Source: Blasia pusilla | Lineage: Eukaryota | Length of the DNA stretch: 64,000 nt | NCBI GenBank assembly: GCA_050084515.1 | Contig: CM114271.1 | Location: forward strand, 12,276,001-12,340,000 | Reading direction: 5' to 3' | Shown: piece after piece, positions 13,000 through 26,043 of the stretch | Position numbering within the stretch: position 1 is the first letter of the stretch | How the letters are laid out: each line of letters begins with the position of its first letter | Notes under the pieces: generated by a model | Seen by the model: only the letters and a program-made list of their open reading frames with translations | Told to the model about the DNA's origin: nothing | Database searches by the model: none | Translations under genes and position numbers: made by a program

Positions 13000-15900
13000 C
13001 TATTTTGGGAACTCACTTTGGTAAACCCGCTCTCAAAAATGACATCAGAATTTTAGGAAGTCTTATGGAGATTTTGCATAGGACTCCCTAAACGAAGACA
13101 TGGATAAACTCCCTAGGGAAGATAAACATGAGGAAACTAAGGATTGCATAGATTTAACTTAGCAGAAGAAATACTTTACCTACAACTCATATGAGAATAA
13201 GAATTTATTAATGGACAATTATACGATAGATGAGAGTGGTTGATGTTGAGGATCTCGTGTTCCCGTTTTACGGTGCACACGAGAGAGAAAGGGGATATGT
13301 TTGTGAAAAAGAGAGCAATTGTTTTTGTTACAATTTGTCTCTTTTCCACATGTAGAGACCCCACTTTGTCGTATGAAAGATCCCTCAAGAAGCCAAAAAC
13401 CTGTGGCTCCCTTCCAAAAAGTGTTTCCGTGTGTCCAAAAGGACCAGTTTTGTCCCCAAGTCTACCTTCCTTCCACGGCATGCGATCCTCATGGTTGGTG
13501 TTTGTTTCTCTCAAAGAGAAATTCAGGAGCATGGACCTGGCCCTGTCTACGATTCGTTGCAGCCAAAACACATCTGCTTCGGAAAAGGTAGTCGATAAAG
13601 TGCAACGTTAGGAGTTCACGTGGTATCACTACCTAGAAACCATGTATCCATGATATAAAGTGTAGCGTATCATAGGATCTTATCAATTAGATACGAGAAA
13701 AGCGTAGAGAATCTATAGGACCGTATGCACGATAATTCTTTCTCCCATTGGCTTCGGTGAAACGGGAGGAAAGCGAGGGTGCGAATGTGGGTAAAAGTAT
13801 TTGTTGTTGGATGAATTGATATTCTTCTTCTCACACATGAATAAATAAGCTCTCATTTTATTAGATGAAGTGTCCAGTTGAAGGCAAGATAGCTAACCAC
13901 CACTTGATAGGCTCTTGGGAAGAGACGAAAAGTAGCCCGGCCCACAAGTGCGCCATGGCTTGTCTAGCCATGTGCATGTGGCATGTGGAGTTATGTTAAC
14001 TTATCCAAGCATGATCGATGAGAATGCGCATCTTTGATATCCTTTCAGGATCGTTGATTGGATCATCTCTCGTTTTCTTTGGACCGTGTCACTCGTGAAC
14101 ACTTTCTCACTAGCCTTTTTCCTTTTTTGCATAACCACGATTGACAATGAGGTGTATCTATGGGTATCGTGCCATGAACCTAGATTTGCATCGCATGAAG
14201 GGAATTGAATCATCCGATGAACCAATTCGTAAATGTTCTCGACAGGGTTGCGACCCTTAGAACATCCCTTACATCATGTGGTCGTCTTGTATTATAGCGA
14301 TTCAGCGGTTTCGCTTAGTGCAGCGTTTCACTTTATGCCATTGACAAACTCCGAACCATCTTCAGCAGCTGCCACACCCAACTAACTGCATTCAACGGTC
14401 GAAATTTGTGGGGCCAGGAATCCCATTAGCAAGCATTTTCGTGTCACCTACCAAGGTTTAGAACATCTCCACTCCGCAACAGGTTCATGTTGAAGGAGGG
14501 AGGTGAAATATAATTTTAACCCGAAGTCACAATTCTAAAGGACTCTTAGCGAGGAAAAAAATGGTCTTCGAAAATTAGACTCGTCTGCTGGGTTGATAAA
14601 GTTTTATGAGAATTCCTATTCGATGAAGCTAGTCCAATCTGGCGTAACCATGTCTTATTCCTATTTGCGTTAAAAGATTTTAAGAAAGAAAGAAATGGGG
14701 GTGAAAAGCAGCCGTTCAAGTTTGTGCACTTGTATCAGTGGAGAAACACCCAAAAACAGATCCTTGAAATGTGTATACATCAGGGAGATGCCCCTTAGGT
14801 TTGGGCGATGATAATGGCGGCTCTCAATTTTGTTCGGTGCGCAGCAACATTCCCTGCCTCCTCAAAAGCGGATGATGGTAAGTTTAATTTCCCCTACTTT
14901 TGATCGTCCCCTTATGATTGAGAAGGCACGAGGGTAAGACGACTAAAGGTAACCCATCTGATCGAGGAACTAGCCCCTCCTTCGCGTCGAATGAAAGAAA
15001 GAAATATACCGGTATCATTATTAATCCAAAGCGCCTTCAGCTTTTTTACTGTCTTTGAATTGGTCCCTCCTCGTGGGGCGAGGTAGGCCCGCCCCACGCT
15101 TAAAGCTCGGATGACTTCTTTAGCTGGCAGAAGGGATTACTGGAACGGTTTGGTGGACAATGTACTTCTAGTCGAGCTTTTGAAATTAAAATCCTCTTCA
15201 GCAATTTGGTGGAAGAGTCCCAAAGGGATAGACGCTGCTGGCCCCAAGATCGATGTAAGAAAGTATTGCCTTTGGGTTGGACTAAGACTAGGAAGGATGA
15301 CTCGCAAGGCTGAATAATAACAACTCGATAATTGGCATCCAAACGCGCACTAACAAATCTTCATAAATTCTGCGGACGTTCTCAACCCCAAGACACCGCG
15401 AGCTCAGGCCTTCGAGGATAAGAGAACACGGCGCAAGTCGTTGGAGTTTGCGTCCCTCGTCTTCTTCCCATGGGCTGATACTCCAAGGCACTCCGGCACT
15501 ACTAGTGGTGGGGAGCACCGCACTGCACTGGGAAGGTAAAAGGTAAGGTAAACTAAGTTCCGGATCGAGATGTAAGGTCTCTCGACGCTTGGATGGAGTC
15601 AGAGCCACGCGGGCGGGAAGAAAAACAACCAAGAGCATGCATCCACATGGCTGTCGCAAGACAGCCTTCTGGGATTCGTCATGGTGACGGAAGTAGTGAG
15701 TCCGCTGTTGCGAAACGCGAAACGCGCAGCTACTCTCATACGCAAAGGACAGTTTTGAAACGCACAAATTCCCCTATATTCCACCTTCGAGCAAGTTGTG
15801 AGACGCATCATAAATACAATGACGTACTACCTGCATAGGAAAAAGACACGCGCTCGGCACAATGTGCTCCTAAGATCTAAACCACAAATTGCAGCGAGGG

Positions 15901-18300
15901 TTCTCCCTCGGTGCACCTTTGCTCTGTCGCGGCCTGTCCTTGTTTGATTATCCATCAGAGTTCACTGTTGTGGGTGCTTTCGTCCTTCCTATCCCTTCAG
16001 TGTACGAGTGCTTTTCTCCTTCTTCCTAGAGCAGGTAAACCCATCGCTATCCGAAAATTTGCTACCTTGAGATCTTCAGAATCATCCACGACCGTCGTTC
16101 GAGCCGGATCAAATGTTAGCAGGGCGTCTCGGCTCGAGACGGATGGAAAGGAGAGGAACATCGCCTCTCCTTTCCTCTCATTAAGATATCGAGATATCTT
16201 CACGAAGCCTTATTAGCTCTATATCTGGATCTCTTCCTAATCTTGAAATGATCATGGCACGAGAAAGAAAAAGAGCGAATGCTCCAAGCTGGCTCAAGTG
16301 AATAATCCAGGAGAACAACCCAGATGAGAAGGGAAGAGAAGACAGAGGAGGGAAGCGCAAGAGAAACCCTAGGTGCGTGCACATACCCAACGCAGGTAAG
16401 TCACCTGGTGAACAGGTCAATTCTCAGAAGTTGACCTGCAGAGCCTCTAGGGACAAGAATTTCTTGCTTATGGTGGGTCCTACTTACACTTCACTCAAGT
16501 TCTTCGAGTAACCTTCTATCGCAGGTAACATGCATAATGCACATTTGCCATTTCCCGGTACAAAATGCTACGCTTTTTCACCGGTCGGACGGATAGATAG
16601 CACGGAATCTACATAGCAAACGCAAAGCGCAGTATTATGCTTCGATGTGAATGGCTTCCGAGGAGGACCACATGACAAAAGCCACGGCTTTCGTCACTTT
16701 TTCCTCAGATTCCATGACAAAGGAGACTTTCCAAATGTTCTTCTATAATATTCACTTTTTCCACTGAGTACTACCCTTCCTTAAGGAACTACGGCATGCG
16801 CTTACTGGGCTGAATCAGGTAACTATTTTAGAGCAGTTACTTCCCGCTTGGAAGCTGGAATTATAGGACGAGATCCTGCGCAACCCCAACGATCTGGGTT
16901 TAGACTGTAATCTGACAAGGAGGGTGTCGCCAAGGAAATTGCTTAAGGTACGGTCTATGCCAGACTAACCCAAGGGTTCCTGCTGTAGGTCTGCCAATTT
17001 ACCGAACGGACAACCGGCCCATTTCTCCATAGGTCCACTGCGGAGAACCCGGAGTTTAGGGAACACTAGATCTCCAGAATCGATTTCTTTCCATAATTAA
17101 AATAAAAAGAAAAGTCCACTCCCTCTCCAATCACAAGAAGTCCGACCAGGAGTCAATCCGATCCTACCGTCCCCGCCCCGCCTTGAAGCACTGGCTGGTG
17201 ATTGCGCAGTCTGAAACGGCGACGTGAATGTCAAAATGAAACCTGAAAGTCTATCCGTATTTAGAACAATGAATGTTGTACACTAATGGTATATATCTTC
17301 CCGTTTCTTCGTGGGGCGGATTATCAATTAGTGAACAGAATGGCAGACGCAATTCATTAACAGCGATCTAAGCTGTGCTTGGGATTGACGAAATGAAACC
17401 GGCTTGCCCCACATCGCGCCACTCTCTGACGTCCTCGAGCTGTCACATTACTCCAGTTTAGACGGCGGCCGACCGGACAGAAGAGCTCTGGCCTTCCGTC
17501 GCCCCCATGCACGCACGCTCGGGCTGCCCCTGCCCATCCGTGAGTCAGTCCGTCCGTCCCTAAGAAGGAGCTTTCCTCCCACGCCATGCAGGCGAAGCCT
17601 TGTCGGTCGGCGGGCAAATCTGTAGCGCCCGGGAAAACATATCTGCCGTCAGATCTCCTCAATCTACGTCCCTTTATGACTCTCTTAAGCGATTGGATCG
17701 TATGTTGCCATGGAGTGGGTTCCTAAATGTTGACTGAGATCTCCATGCGGAGACAATTGACTCGCCCATGCTTACCGAAATTACACGCTACTTATATGAC
17801 GGAAATGATGACATAATGCAGCAACTTATGAGACTATTGGATAATGGATAGGTATGATCAGTCCTTTTGCCGCCCATTCGAATCTTACTGGTAAATGTGC
17901 CTATGCAACCTATCGGGCCCGATCCTTCTCTTACTTTAGGTGGTCGTTGCGTTTTTCTCAATCATAGTTACTTGCCACCCTCGCTATCAGTGACCTCCCT
18001 CTTGAATGTCTGCATTACTTTCCATTATAAATATATTCGCTATCCACGTTAAACTAGGCTCCCGCGTCACGGGATTCCTCCAATAATAGCTACGATAATA
18101 CGGTCAAACCGTCAAACATAACCCATCGGCGCTTTGTCCACATCAGCACTGGCTACTCGAACTCTTCACAGGAATATATCCCGGTTCAAGCCGGTTGGTC
18201 CCGGTCACAGGCCCCCAGAGAAAATTCCTAGAAAATCTGAACAATTACTTTTTAAAATTTTTGAAAGTAAGAAAATTATAAGCAGTACCACGAGGTGAAT
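13000..18300. other. Unique non-TE island of unknown function (possible lncRNA/UTR/cis-regulatory region)
   Basis: No similarity to the TE families in the window and no convincing ORF. A CT-rich leader-like tract lies on the minus strand (~16320-16365), a GC-rich patch at 17380-17640, and there are many short hairpins. Confidence 0.35.
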
Positions 18301-19469
18301 TTCTAAAAGTTAACGATCCTGGTAAAAAGTACTGTAGTAAATTTTGGTCTGAATTTGTTACGTTTGTGGACGTCGACGACGCAGCCCTCATGGCTCAACT
18401 TTTTTTAATTATAAGAAAATATTTTTTAATAAATAATTCTTTTCCCGTTTTTTCATAATGGCTTACGCTCCGCGGAACGCTTTGTACGAGAAAGGACCTG
18501 AAACTCTTCCACACATGCCATTGGAGCATTCACGTGAAAAAGTGTTATGAGTTGGCTTAAGAGTTGTTAAGTTCTACCCAAGCTGACGTATTTTTAATTT
18601 AATTATTTTTAAATGATATCAATTAATAATTTATTTGAAATTTAGTGTAAGGAAATATTAGCATGTTGTGTGATCAAAGATGATGGACTTTCCCCTTAAT
18701 TTAATTATTTTTAAATGACACCCATTAACAATTGAAGAGTTTCAAGAGGACAGGTGTCGACAATAAAAAGCACTTAAAAGGACATGTATGAAACCTGAGA
18801 AGGGTTTCCTCTAATCTTATGCACGGGAGTGTAAGAACTAATCATGTTGCACAAAATTGTTTTTCTTGTTGCCCATAGAGTAGAAAACATTTTCTTGTTG
18901 CCCGATTGCCAAATGTCAAGCATAAAGGTGTTTTCAAATCAAGAAGGCACTCTCCAATAATCTATATTATTATTATTATTATTATTGGAGAGTGTCCTTA
19001 TAACAAGTGTCACGCCTCCTCATGACATGTGTCTTTTCGGGCCAATAGGATTCGTTTAGTTGGTATTCTTTCTCTCAAGGATTACGGGTCGAGTTCGGAT
19101 GGTTTTCACTTGTGTGGAGCACAGGCACGGTCTAGTAATATAGATATGGGGTTACATATGAAACATAGGGGGTAATTATATGTAGCCAAAAAAAAGAATT
19201 TGTTTTTATAAGAAGTAAAACTTTCATTCTTTTAGAAATCCCCTCTGTACTAGAAGATTTGAACTCTTGGCTTTAATGAGATATGTTGTGGATCGTGGAG
19301 AGACATTTAGCCTTCTAGGACTTCAGGTACCTTATCTTCCACAAGAATAACACTTTTCTTTACATCCACTCGAGGTGACACTCGCTACTCAAGATAAGAA
19401 ACTGCCTATTTTAGCTGACAATAAACTAGTAAATATGCAAGTCAAAATGTCAAGAATGTCATGACATCT

Positions 19470-19805
19470 ATTCTTGGCATTCTTTGGCAAAGACATGACA
19501 TTCTTGACATTCTTTGGCACATCCATTCTCCTTGAGGAACTCGAACAAGAGGTGGCGTCAAACATGCCATTTTCCATCCTCTGGAACAACCATCACATAC
19601 TAGCATTGTGGTTGTTTCCCTAGCAGATCCACACAACATACACCGCAAGCCTACAAGAATGATTGCCAAGCTTGGATCAATTATACCATAAATGTTGGAA
19701 AGGTGACATTGCGCAGAATTACGCACATGATCCTTCCAAACCATACCATCACATCCCTCTAATAAAAGAACACTAGATGGCAAAACCTCACGCACCCTCA
19801 ATATG
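19470..19805 (-). pseudogene. Gypsy integrase C-terminus plus PHD finger fragment
   Basis: ILRVREVLPSSVLLLEGCDG..CHL..LRCMLCG..MLVCDGCSRGWKMACLTPPLVRVPQGEWMCQR (ORF 19442-19921) has PHD C4-H-C3 spacing. Confidence 0.85.
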
Positions 19806-19809
19806 GTCC

Positions 19810-20310
19810 ATAAGAGGAAGACTTTGAGGAGGACCAAAGGGAGGACTTGGGGAGAGAGGGCATATCTCAAGGAGAGTGAACTTGGAGAGCTCATTCTCTC
19901 CTTGTCGAGCCTCTTGAGCATGAGGCGGCAGAGCTATGATGCTCCTCTCCTTGTGAGTAACCCCATCCTCCCACCATGAGAATGGATTTGGTTTGACAAG
20001 GGAGAAAGAGAGTGTGTGAATGAGAGCCATGGAGCTCTTTGTGTTTAGTGTAAGATTTTTCATTGGAGATCTTGGTTCTTTTGGAACCAAGTATCACTTG
20101 GAAGTTATCTTCTGATTATTGGAGAATGGATGTGCCAAAGACGTGACCTTCTTGACATTTTTACGCACACATTTACTCTGATTCTTTTAATTCTTAGGGA
20201 TAACTTCCCTCCGTGATTATATTCGGTGGATGATTGAGTTAGGCTAGTATTTGTGTGTGTTGATTAGTGACAACGATGTATATTGTGTAGCGATGTGTAG
20301 ACGCAAGACA
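19810..20310 (+). mobile_element. Partial LTR of the PHD-gypsy family
   Basis: Reverse complement of the 24350-24800 LTR sequence; ends ...GCGATGTGTAGACGCAAGACA. Confidence 0.7.
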
Positions 20311-23186
20311 AGAATCAAAGTTCATCCGAGAAGCTGACGAAGGAAGTTGATTGTATGGATGTATAGTCAAAGCTACACAGAAGATTCCTCAAGTACACAA
20401 CAAGATTACGAGTGGTATAGGGATATATCAATCCTCAAAGCATCGGAGGTGATGATCACGTATAGTTTCACCTCCATGGATTATATATGTAACCCCCTAT
20501 GTTCCGTTAGTAGCATAGATGTTTGAACCAAAACTAATTTTCACCTTATGTATAGTTTCGCCTCCATCCTCTAATTCTAACTATGTTGTTTTTTTTTGGC
20601 ACTAGGGAGTTTCTTGGGACCATGGATATTGCATGTCTTCACTCAATTGAGACACTTGAGGCTTTATTGTTACTTCTCCCACCCAAACTTAACCAAAGCA
20701 AATTACTCTCATTCAAAAGTGTTTAGCATTAGAGATCTTCCACATGAAATATGTTGGGCTTGGATTTTTGTTGACGGATTTAGAAGGTAGATATAGAATT
20801 GGGCTATTGTAGAGCTTTTTGGCAAGGGTGTAAGATTCCATTGAATTCGGTGCATTTGTAAAGCTACTCGCTCTTTGTAAGGCTTTTGCGCCACTCACCA
20901 TGTCACTTTTTCCCTGCAATTGCTAATAAAAGTTTCCCCATAACCCCTCAAATTGGATATAGGGTTGCTTATAGTGAGGAATATTCTTTTTCCCATTCAA
21001 TTATAATCACACGTACTCTCGACTATTATGATTGTTAGCTCTTTCAAGGATAAAGGCTTCCAATCTCTCCGCATTGTATAAGACTCTACTCTAATCTCAA
21101 CAGTGGATCATTAAATACTCTACATCACTGAAGGGAAGTCACACACCCATTGCCATCTACAATGTAATTCCCTTACGTTTTTGTGTGGTTCACGGCCCAA
21201 AGAAACTAAATGCCCTTCTGTCTTTAAGACAATATGTACTCAATGTCTAATCTCTTGATCAAGTACCTCTTGCCCCTTTCAAGAGAAAGTGTGCTATTTG
21301 AGGCAATACACTTTCAAGCACCTCATTGAAAGGATTGAAGCTACAACGAGTTTTTGAAGAAATAATGTATGTTTGATAAATCTTTGCAAGTGGAACACTT
21401 GTAGAGATTTTTCAATAACATTAATGAATTGATCTATATTAAGTTCATTCTGGAACACATCAATGCCTTTATGGAATGCATCATTTAGTTGCTCCATTGC
21501 AATTGGCACTCCTAGTAGTAAGCGTTCCATTGCGTCTTCCTTGAACATCTGATGTGCTTTCTAGCTTGCTCGTCACAAAGCTCTTTTCCTCGACATCCAA
21601 GGCTTAAAATCCCTTGGTCAAATGGTGATCCAGATCAGAGAAGTGCTTCAATTATTAAGTAGTGACGTCGGTGCATTACATGCGCATTCTTGATAGTCTT
21701 CATAGGGATCCTTTTGGTGTCAATCAAGGTGCATCCATAGTTGTTAGACATCTATGCATGGGTTCTTGAAGTTCAGCCATCCAGATTTGGAACCCATGCG
21801 ATTTACATTCGTTCTTACTTTCCTTTTAAATTTTAATAGAAAGAGGTATGTAAATAATATAAGATGAAGGGTTACATTTAATAAGACTTAATCACTTAAA
21901 AAGAAAACAATTATTCAAAACGATAGACTTAAACGGGTCATGTCATGTCGAGAGGGAAGAAATTGGCATAAGGTAACTTTTCCTACTATTTTCCTTTTCT
22001 CTCAAGAAAGGATTTTGATAGTACTTGTAAGAAAGCTAGTGTGTGGCCCTTTGAGAGGCCAGGAGAAAATGATTATAAAACAAGTGTGGAGAAAAGTGGA
22101 TAAGTTAAATAGAGAAAAAAATAGCTTGTTCATGTAGGGGCCAATAAACAAGCAAGGCAAGTGAGGAATCCTACGTGTCACGGACTAAAAGTGAATGCGT
22201 GTAATACAAATGACATCAAACAAAGTAGGTGGAGACTAATGTGAGAATATTGACTTAAGGAGAAGAAAAGTAATATGTATGGATGAAGGGACAACCTAAT
22301 ACAAAGCAGGTTGCGAGAAGATTAATGTGCAAGAGAAGAAAATTTTAAATTAAACTTCTACGGATGTATGAATTTAACGGGTACCCTAAACACATATGCA
22401 TTTAAGGGGCACCAAATAATCCTATGGACCGTGAGTTGCACTTACGGGGGAAGTTACTATTAAGGGCGAACATCAACTCTAGGCTATGATCAAGCAATGA
22501 TGAAGATCGCATGAACCCCTTTAAGCTATCACACCTAGATAGTAGCGTGGATAGAATTTTTTTACTTACTTTTATGCAATAATATATAACAAATCTTCAA
22601 ACATTTATATATAATGGCCTCTCTCATATCCATGTCATTTTTGTGTTCCCTTACCAAAAGATACTATAATGTTGAGTTTTGATGAAACACTTCCTTCCCT
22701 TCAAGTTAATGGATTTATTGGCAGCCCCCCATTTGATTTATTTTAAATTTCTATAATACTCATAAAACAAATAACTCATGAGAAAAAAAAAGTGAGTAAA
22801 AATTCAAAACTTCACGATATACAACATTTCTAGTATAAACATTTGTTTGTTGAGTTTTTACTATCAACCATCATATCAATTGAATTGCTAGAACCTACTC
22901 TAGATAAGATAACATATAGTTTCCCGTAAGAAAATATAGGACTAGGCAAGTAAATGCCAACTCTCTTAAATATTTGGCCTCAAGACTTATTAATTATTAT
23001 TGCAAAGGTTGGACGAACAAAAAACTGAATCGTCTTTCATCAAAAGGTAAACCAGAATCAGATCTAATGAACATAATACGTGGAATAAACATTTGAGTTC
23101 CAAAATTCTTTCCAACCGAACCTAAAAATAACTAGGCAAGTGTTGTTTGCTTGTCTCTTTGCTCCACTGATATTTTGTAATAGCAT

Positions 23187-24345
23187 GTTGTCAAACGTGT
23201 ACAAATCGCTACAAAATCCACATGGCTGGTCACATCTATATACCATACCACACCGATCTTCCTTACACATAGATAGATCCACACACATACAAAAATGAAC
23301 TCATGCACGTACGTCAAGATTTTAAAACTAGAGTAAAATCTGCTCACACGGCTAACTCCACTCTTGAATCTACATCGGCATATCAAGCCACATCCATCCT
23401 CTGCTATGAGGGAATTCGGACGCTAGCACCCTAGTTCCTACTATACACAAAGTAAGAGAGATGCTCCAAAGGCTTAAAATTAGAAAGATAGCTTGGAAAA
23501 GCCATCTCTCCCTCTCTCATAGCCTTGGGAAGAGCTAAACGGCTCTTCCCCCAAAAATAGCCTTCACACGGTAACTTGCGAGCATAAGTTACCGCGTTGA
23601 CTCGGTTAACGGGTCATGTGGCCAAAATAGAAAATAAGGGGAATCATTATAAAAGATATTCTTAATGCACCAAACTTATCTTCAACCTCATCCAACATCT
23701 CAAGACAAAGTTACACCTAAACCGCCCACTGACTCTCTATGACGTTGACATAGTAGAATCTATATCAATTGGCTAACTAAGATGTAATATCTGTTGTGCG
23801 CATACAAATCACTAAAAAATCCACATCGGTGGTCACATCCACACAACACCATCCTGATCTTCCTTACATGCAAGTAGATCCACATGCATACAAACATGAG
23901 CTCATGCATGTACATCGAGACAACAAAACCGCCCCCTTAGTTGGTAGTTGGATCTCCCTAACTCTAGATAGCATACATCACATCTACCTAACATGACCTA
24001 CTACCTTATACACATCTCCAACATAATAATTTTCCCATGAGAATTGCATCAAGAGATGGGGTAGGACACGACATATATCATCCCATAGAACAACCATCAC
24101 ACAACAACATAGTGGTTGCACCCCTTACAAATCCACACAAAACACATCTCAAGCCCGCAAGTACCATTTCCAAGCTTAGATCCACTATCGCGTCCATTTC
24201 TAAAAGATGACATGGTACACATTTGTGTACATGATCCTTCCAAACCATAACATTATGTCCCTCTAACATGAGGAGTGCGATCCATAATACCTTGTGCACT
24301 TGAAAAATCGTCCGCCCTACAGTAATATCTAGTGTCATGGGTGCC
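23187..24345 (-). mobile_element. PHD-gypsy 3' end: LTR (~23187-23925), PPT, 3'UTR, INT-C/PHD (24060-24345)
   Basis: ORF 24078-24338 (LLMLEGHNVMVWKDHVHKCVPCHL..LRCVLCG..MLLCDGCSMG). PPT AAGGGGGCGG on the minus strand near 23928-23938. The LTR is homologous to 54747-55224 and 41480-41806. Confidence 0.8.
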
Positions 24346-24349
24346 GCCT

Positions 24350-24529
24350 ATCATGCGCATGTACATTACTTCACAACATATACCATTGTTATTGAATACA
24401 CACATAAAACCTACCAAATACTATACTAACTAATGACATCTAAACATCGAGATGATCAAGTACCAAAATATCTCCAATAAATCAAGATCTCTCACAATTC
24501 ATACAAATATCTCCCTCTCTCCCTTTCCT

Positions 24530-24614
<85 letters not shown>

Positions 24615-26040
24615 CCAAGCCCACTCTCCTAATGAAAGACTTGGGCTACTCAAAAGGCAAGGAAGACCGTAGTTTTTCCACCTTATGCCAAGAGGTTCAA
24701 AAAAGAGAGAATAAGCTCTAAAGCTCTCTCTCCTTTGATATATCTCCTTCCCTCTCCCAAGCTCTTTCCATGATAACCTATGGAGGCTATGCTTGTAGGT
24801 CACCTCCTTGGCTCTTGTGCTGCTATAGGGGTTCAAGGGCCACTTCCCAAAGTGGAAAGTAAACTCTATTCATAATGGTATCTTACTCGAAATAGAAACT
24901 TTCTATATATAGCTCCAAATGAGCCGTAACGAAGGGAAAACCTACTCTCTCAAGTTACCTGTGTCCTCAATAAATCATCCTTGGCCTTTTAAGGTTATCC
25001 TCCAATATCCTCAAAGGTGATCAATCATAAAGTGGTTGATCCATCTTAAAAGTCTTGAGTGTTATTATATGCATACAGATCGCTACACAACATACATCGC
25101 TGCCATCAAATATACACACAAACATACAAGATACCATACTAACTCATAGCATCTAAACATCAAGACGATTGAGTACCAAAATATCTCCAATCGCCCTCCT
25201 AGTTGGGGTTTAAGTCCCTCTAATTTTAGATAGCCATCTATCCCTACCTACCATCACACTCATCTCTAGGCCCGATCGTGGCTCCATCGTTAGTCGACTT
25301 CTAGTCCATGTCACAAATACAAGTTTGAATATATGACTGCCTAGTATCTCCACTATGTACATCTAAGATACATCCACTTTCCTTGAGGAACCCTAGTGAG
25401 AGGTGGCGTCATACATTCCATGTGCCACCCTCTCAAACATCCATCATAAACTAGCCTAGTGGTTGCACCATGGGCACAACAGACACATTAAGCCTGTAGG
25501 AACTACTACTAAGCTTCCGATCAACTAGACAATCAATGTTAGGAAGGTGACATGGTGCAGAGTAACACACATGGTCCATCCAAACCATACCATCGTGCCC
25601 CTCCAATAAGAGGACACCAGATAGTAAGGCATCTCGCACTCTCAAGATGATGCACCCTTTAGTCACATCCAATATTGTAGGTGTCATCTGTTGCAAGTAG
25701 ACATAATCTCCTTGATGAAAAATCTAGATTGTTGGTCAATAACCACCTTCCTTAATATTCAAATATCTCAAAGTATCTCGAGGTTGCAAAATTTCCAAGT
25801 TCTCAAACGCCATGGACATAACCTTCCAAAATAACTCAGCCCTCTAAGAACATGCTCGCATCCATACATCAGGGTCATTAAGGTTCAACACCTCACCAAA
25901 ATCATGATGAATTGTCGTAGGTAAATCATGCTCTTGGCCATAAGGAAATAAGTACAATGAGAAAGACTTTAATTAGGGCTTGATCAAACAAGGCCTAAAA
26001 ATCCCCACAAAACTTCATCCCTTGGTGTGTCAGGACTTCG
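24350..26040 (-). mobile_element. Second PHD-gypsy 3' end: LTR (~24350-25190), PPT, PHD and integrase C-terminus (~25350-26000)
   Basis: Minus-strand translation gives ..AFENLEILQPRDTLRY..GGY..GDYVYLQQMTPTILDVTKGCIILRVR..CHL.. followed by [30 protein letters not shown]. Confidence 0.8.
24533..24610. repeat. (CT)39 microsatellite inside an LTR
   Basis: Pure CT run read directly from the sequence. Confidence 0.95.
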
Positions 26041-26043
26041 GCT

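Noticed and set aside
13176-13611. Overlapping 131-aa and 123-aa ORFs as genes
   Set aside because: No recognisable domain, the ORFs are open on both strands, and starts are non-ATG or weak.
13810-13840. Partial match to a liverwort miRNA or target (TCTTCTCACACA)
   Set aside because: Only ~12-14 nt match a sequence recalled from memory, and there is no convincing precursor hairpin.
15215-15240. miR390/TAS3-like target site (GTCTATCCCT on the minus strand)
   Set aside because: Several mismatches fall in the seed-pairing region, and there is no second site or tasiARF sequence.
17138-17160. miR166-like sequence TCCGACCAGGAGTCAATCC
   Set aside because: It has about four mismatches and no star arm.
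18948-18993. Hairpin CACTCTCCAATAA..TTATTGGAGAGTG around an (ATT)n tract
   Set aside because: Probably a MITE scar or microsatellite; too short to classify.
20700-21800. Minus-strand coding-like fragments
   Set aside because: Heavily interrupted, with no family motif I can recognise.
24452-24836. SL-repeat and ER-repeat ORFs
   Set aside because: They are translations of the (CT)n microsatellite.
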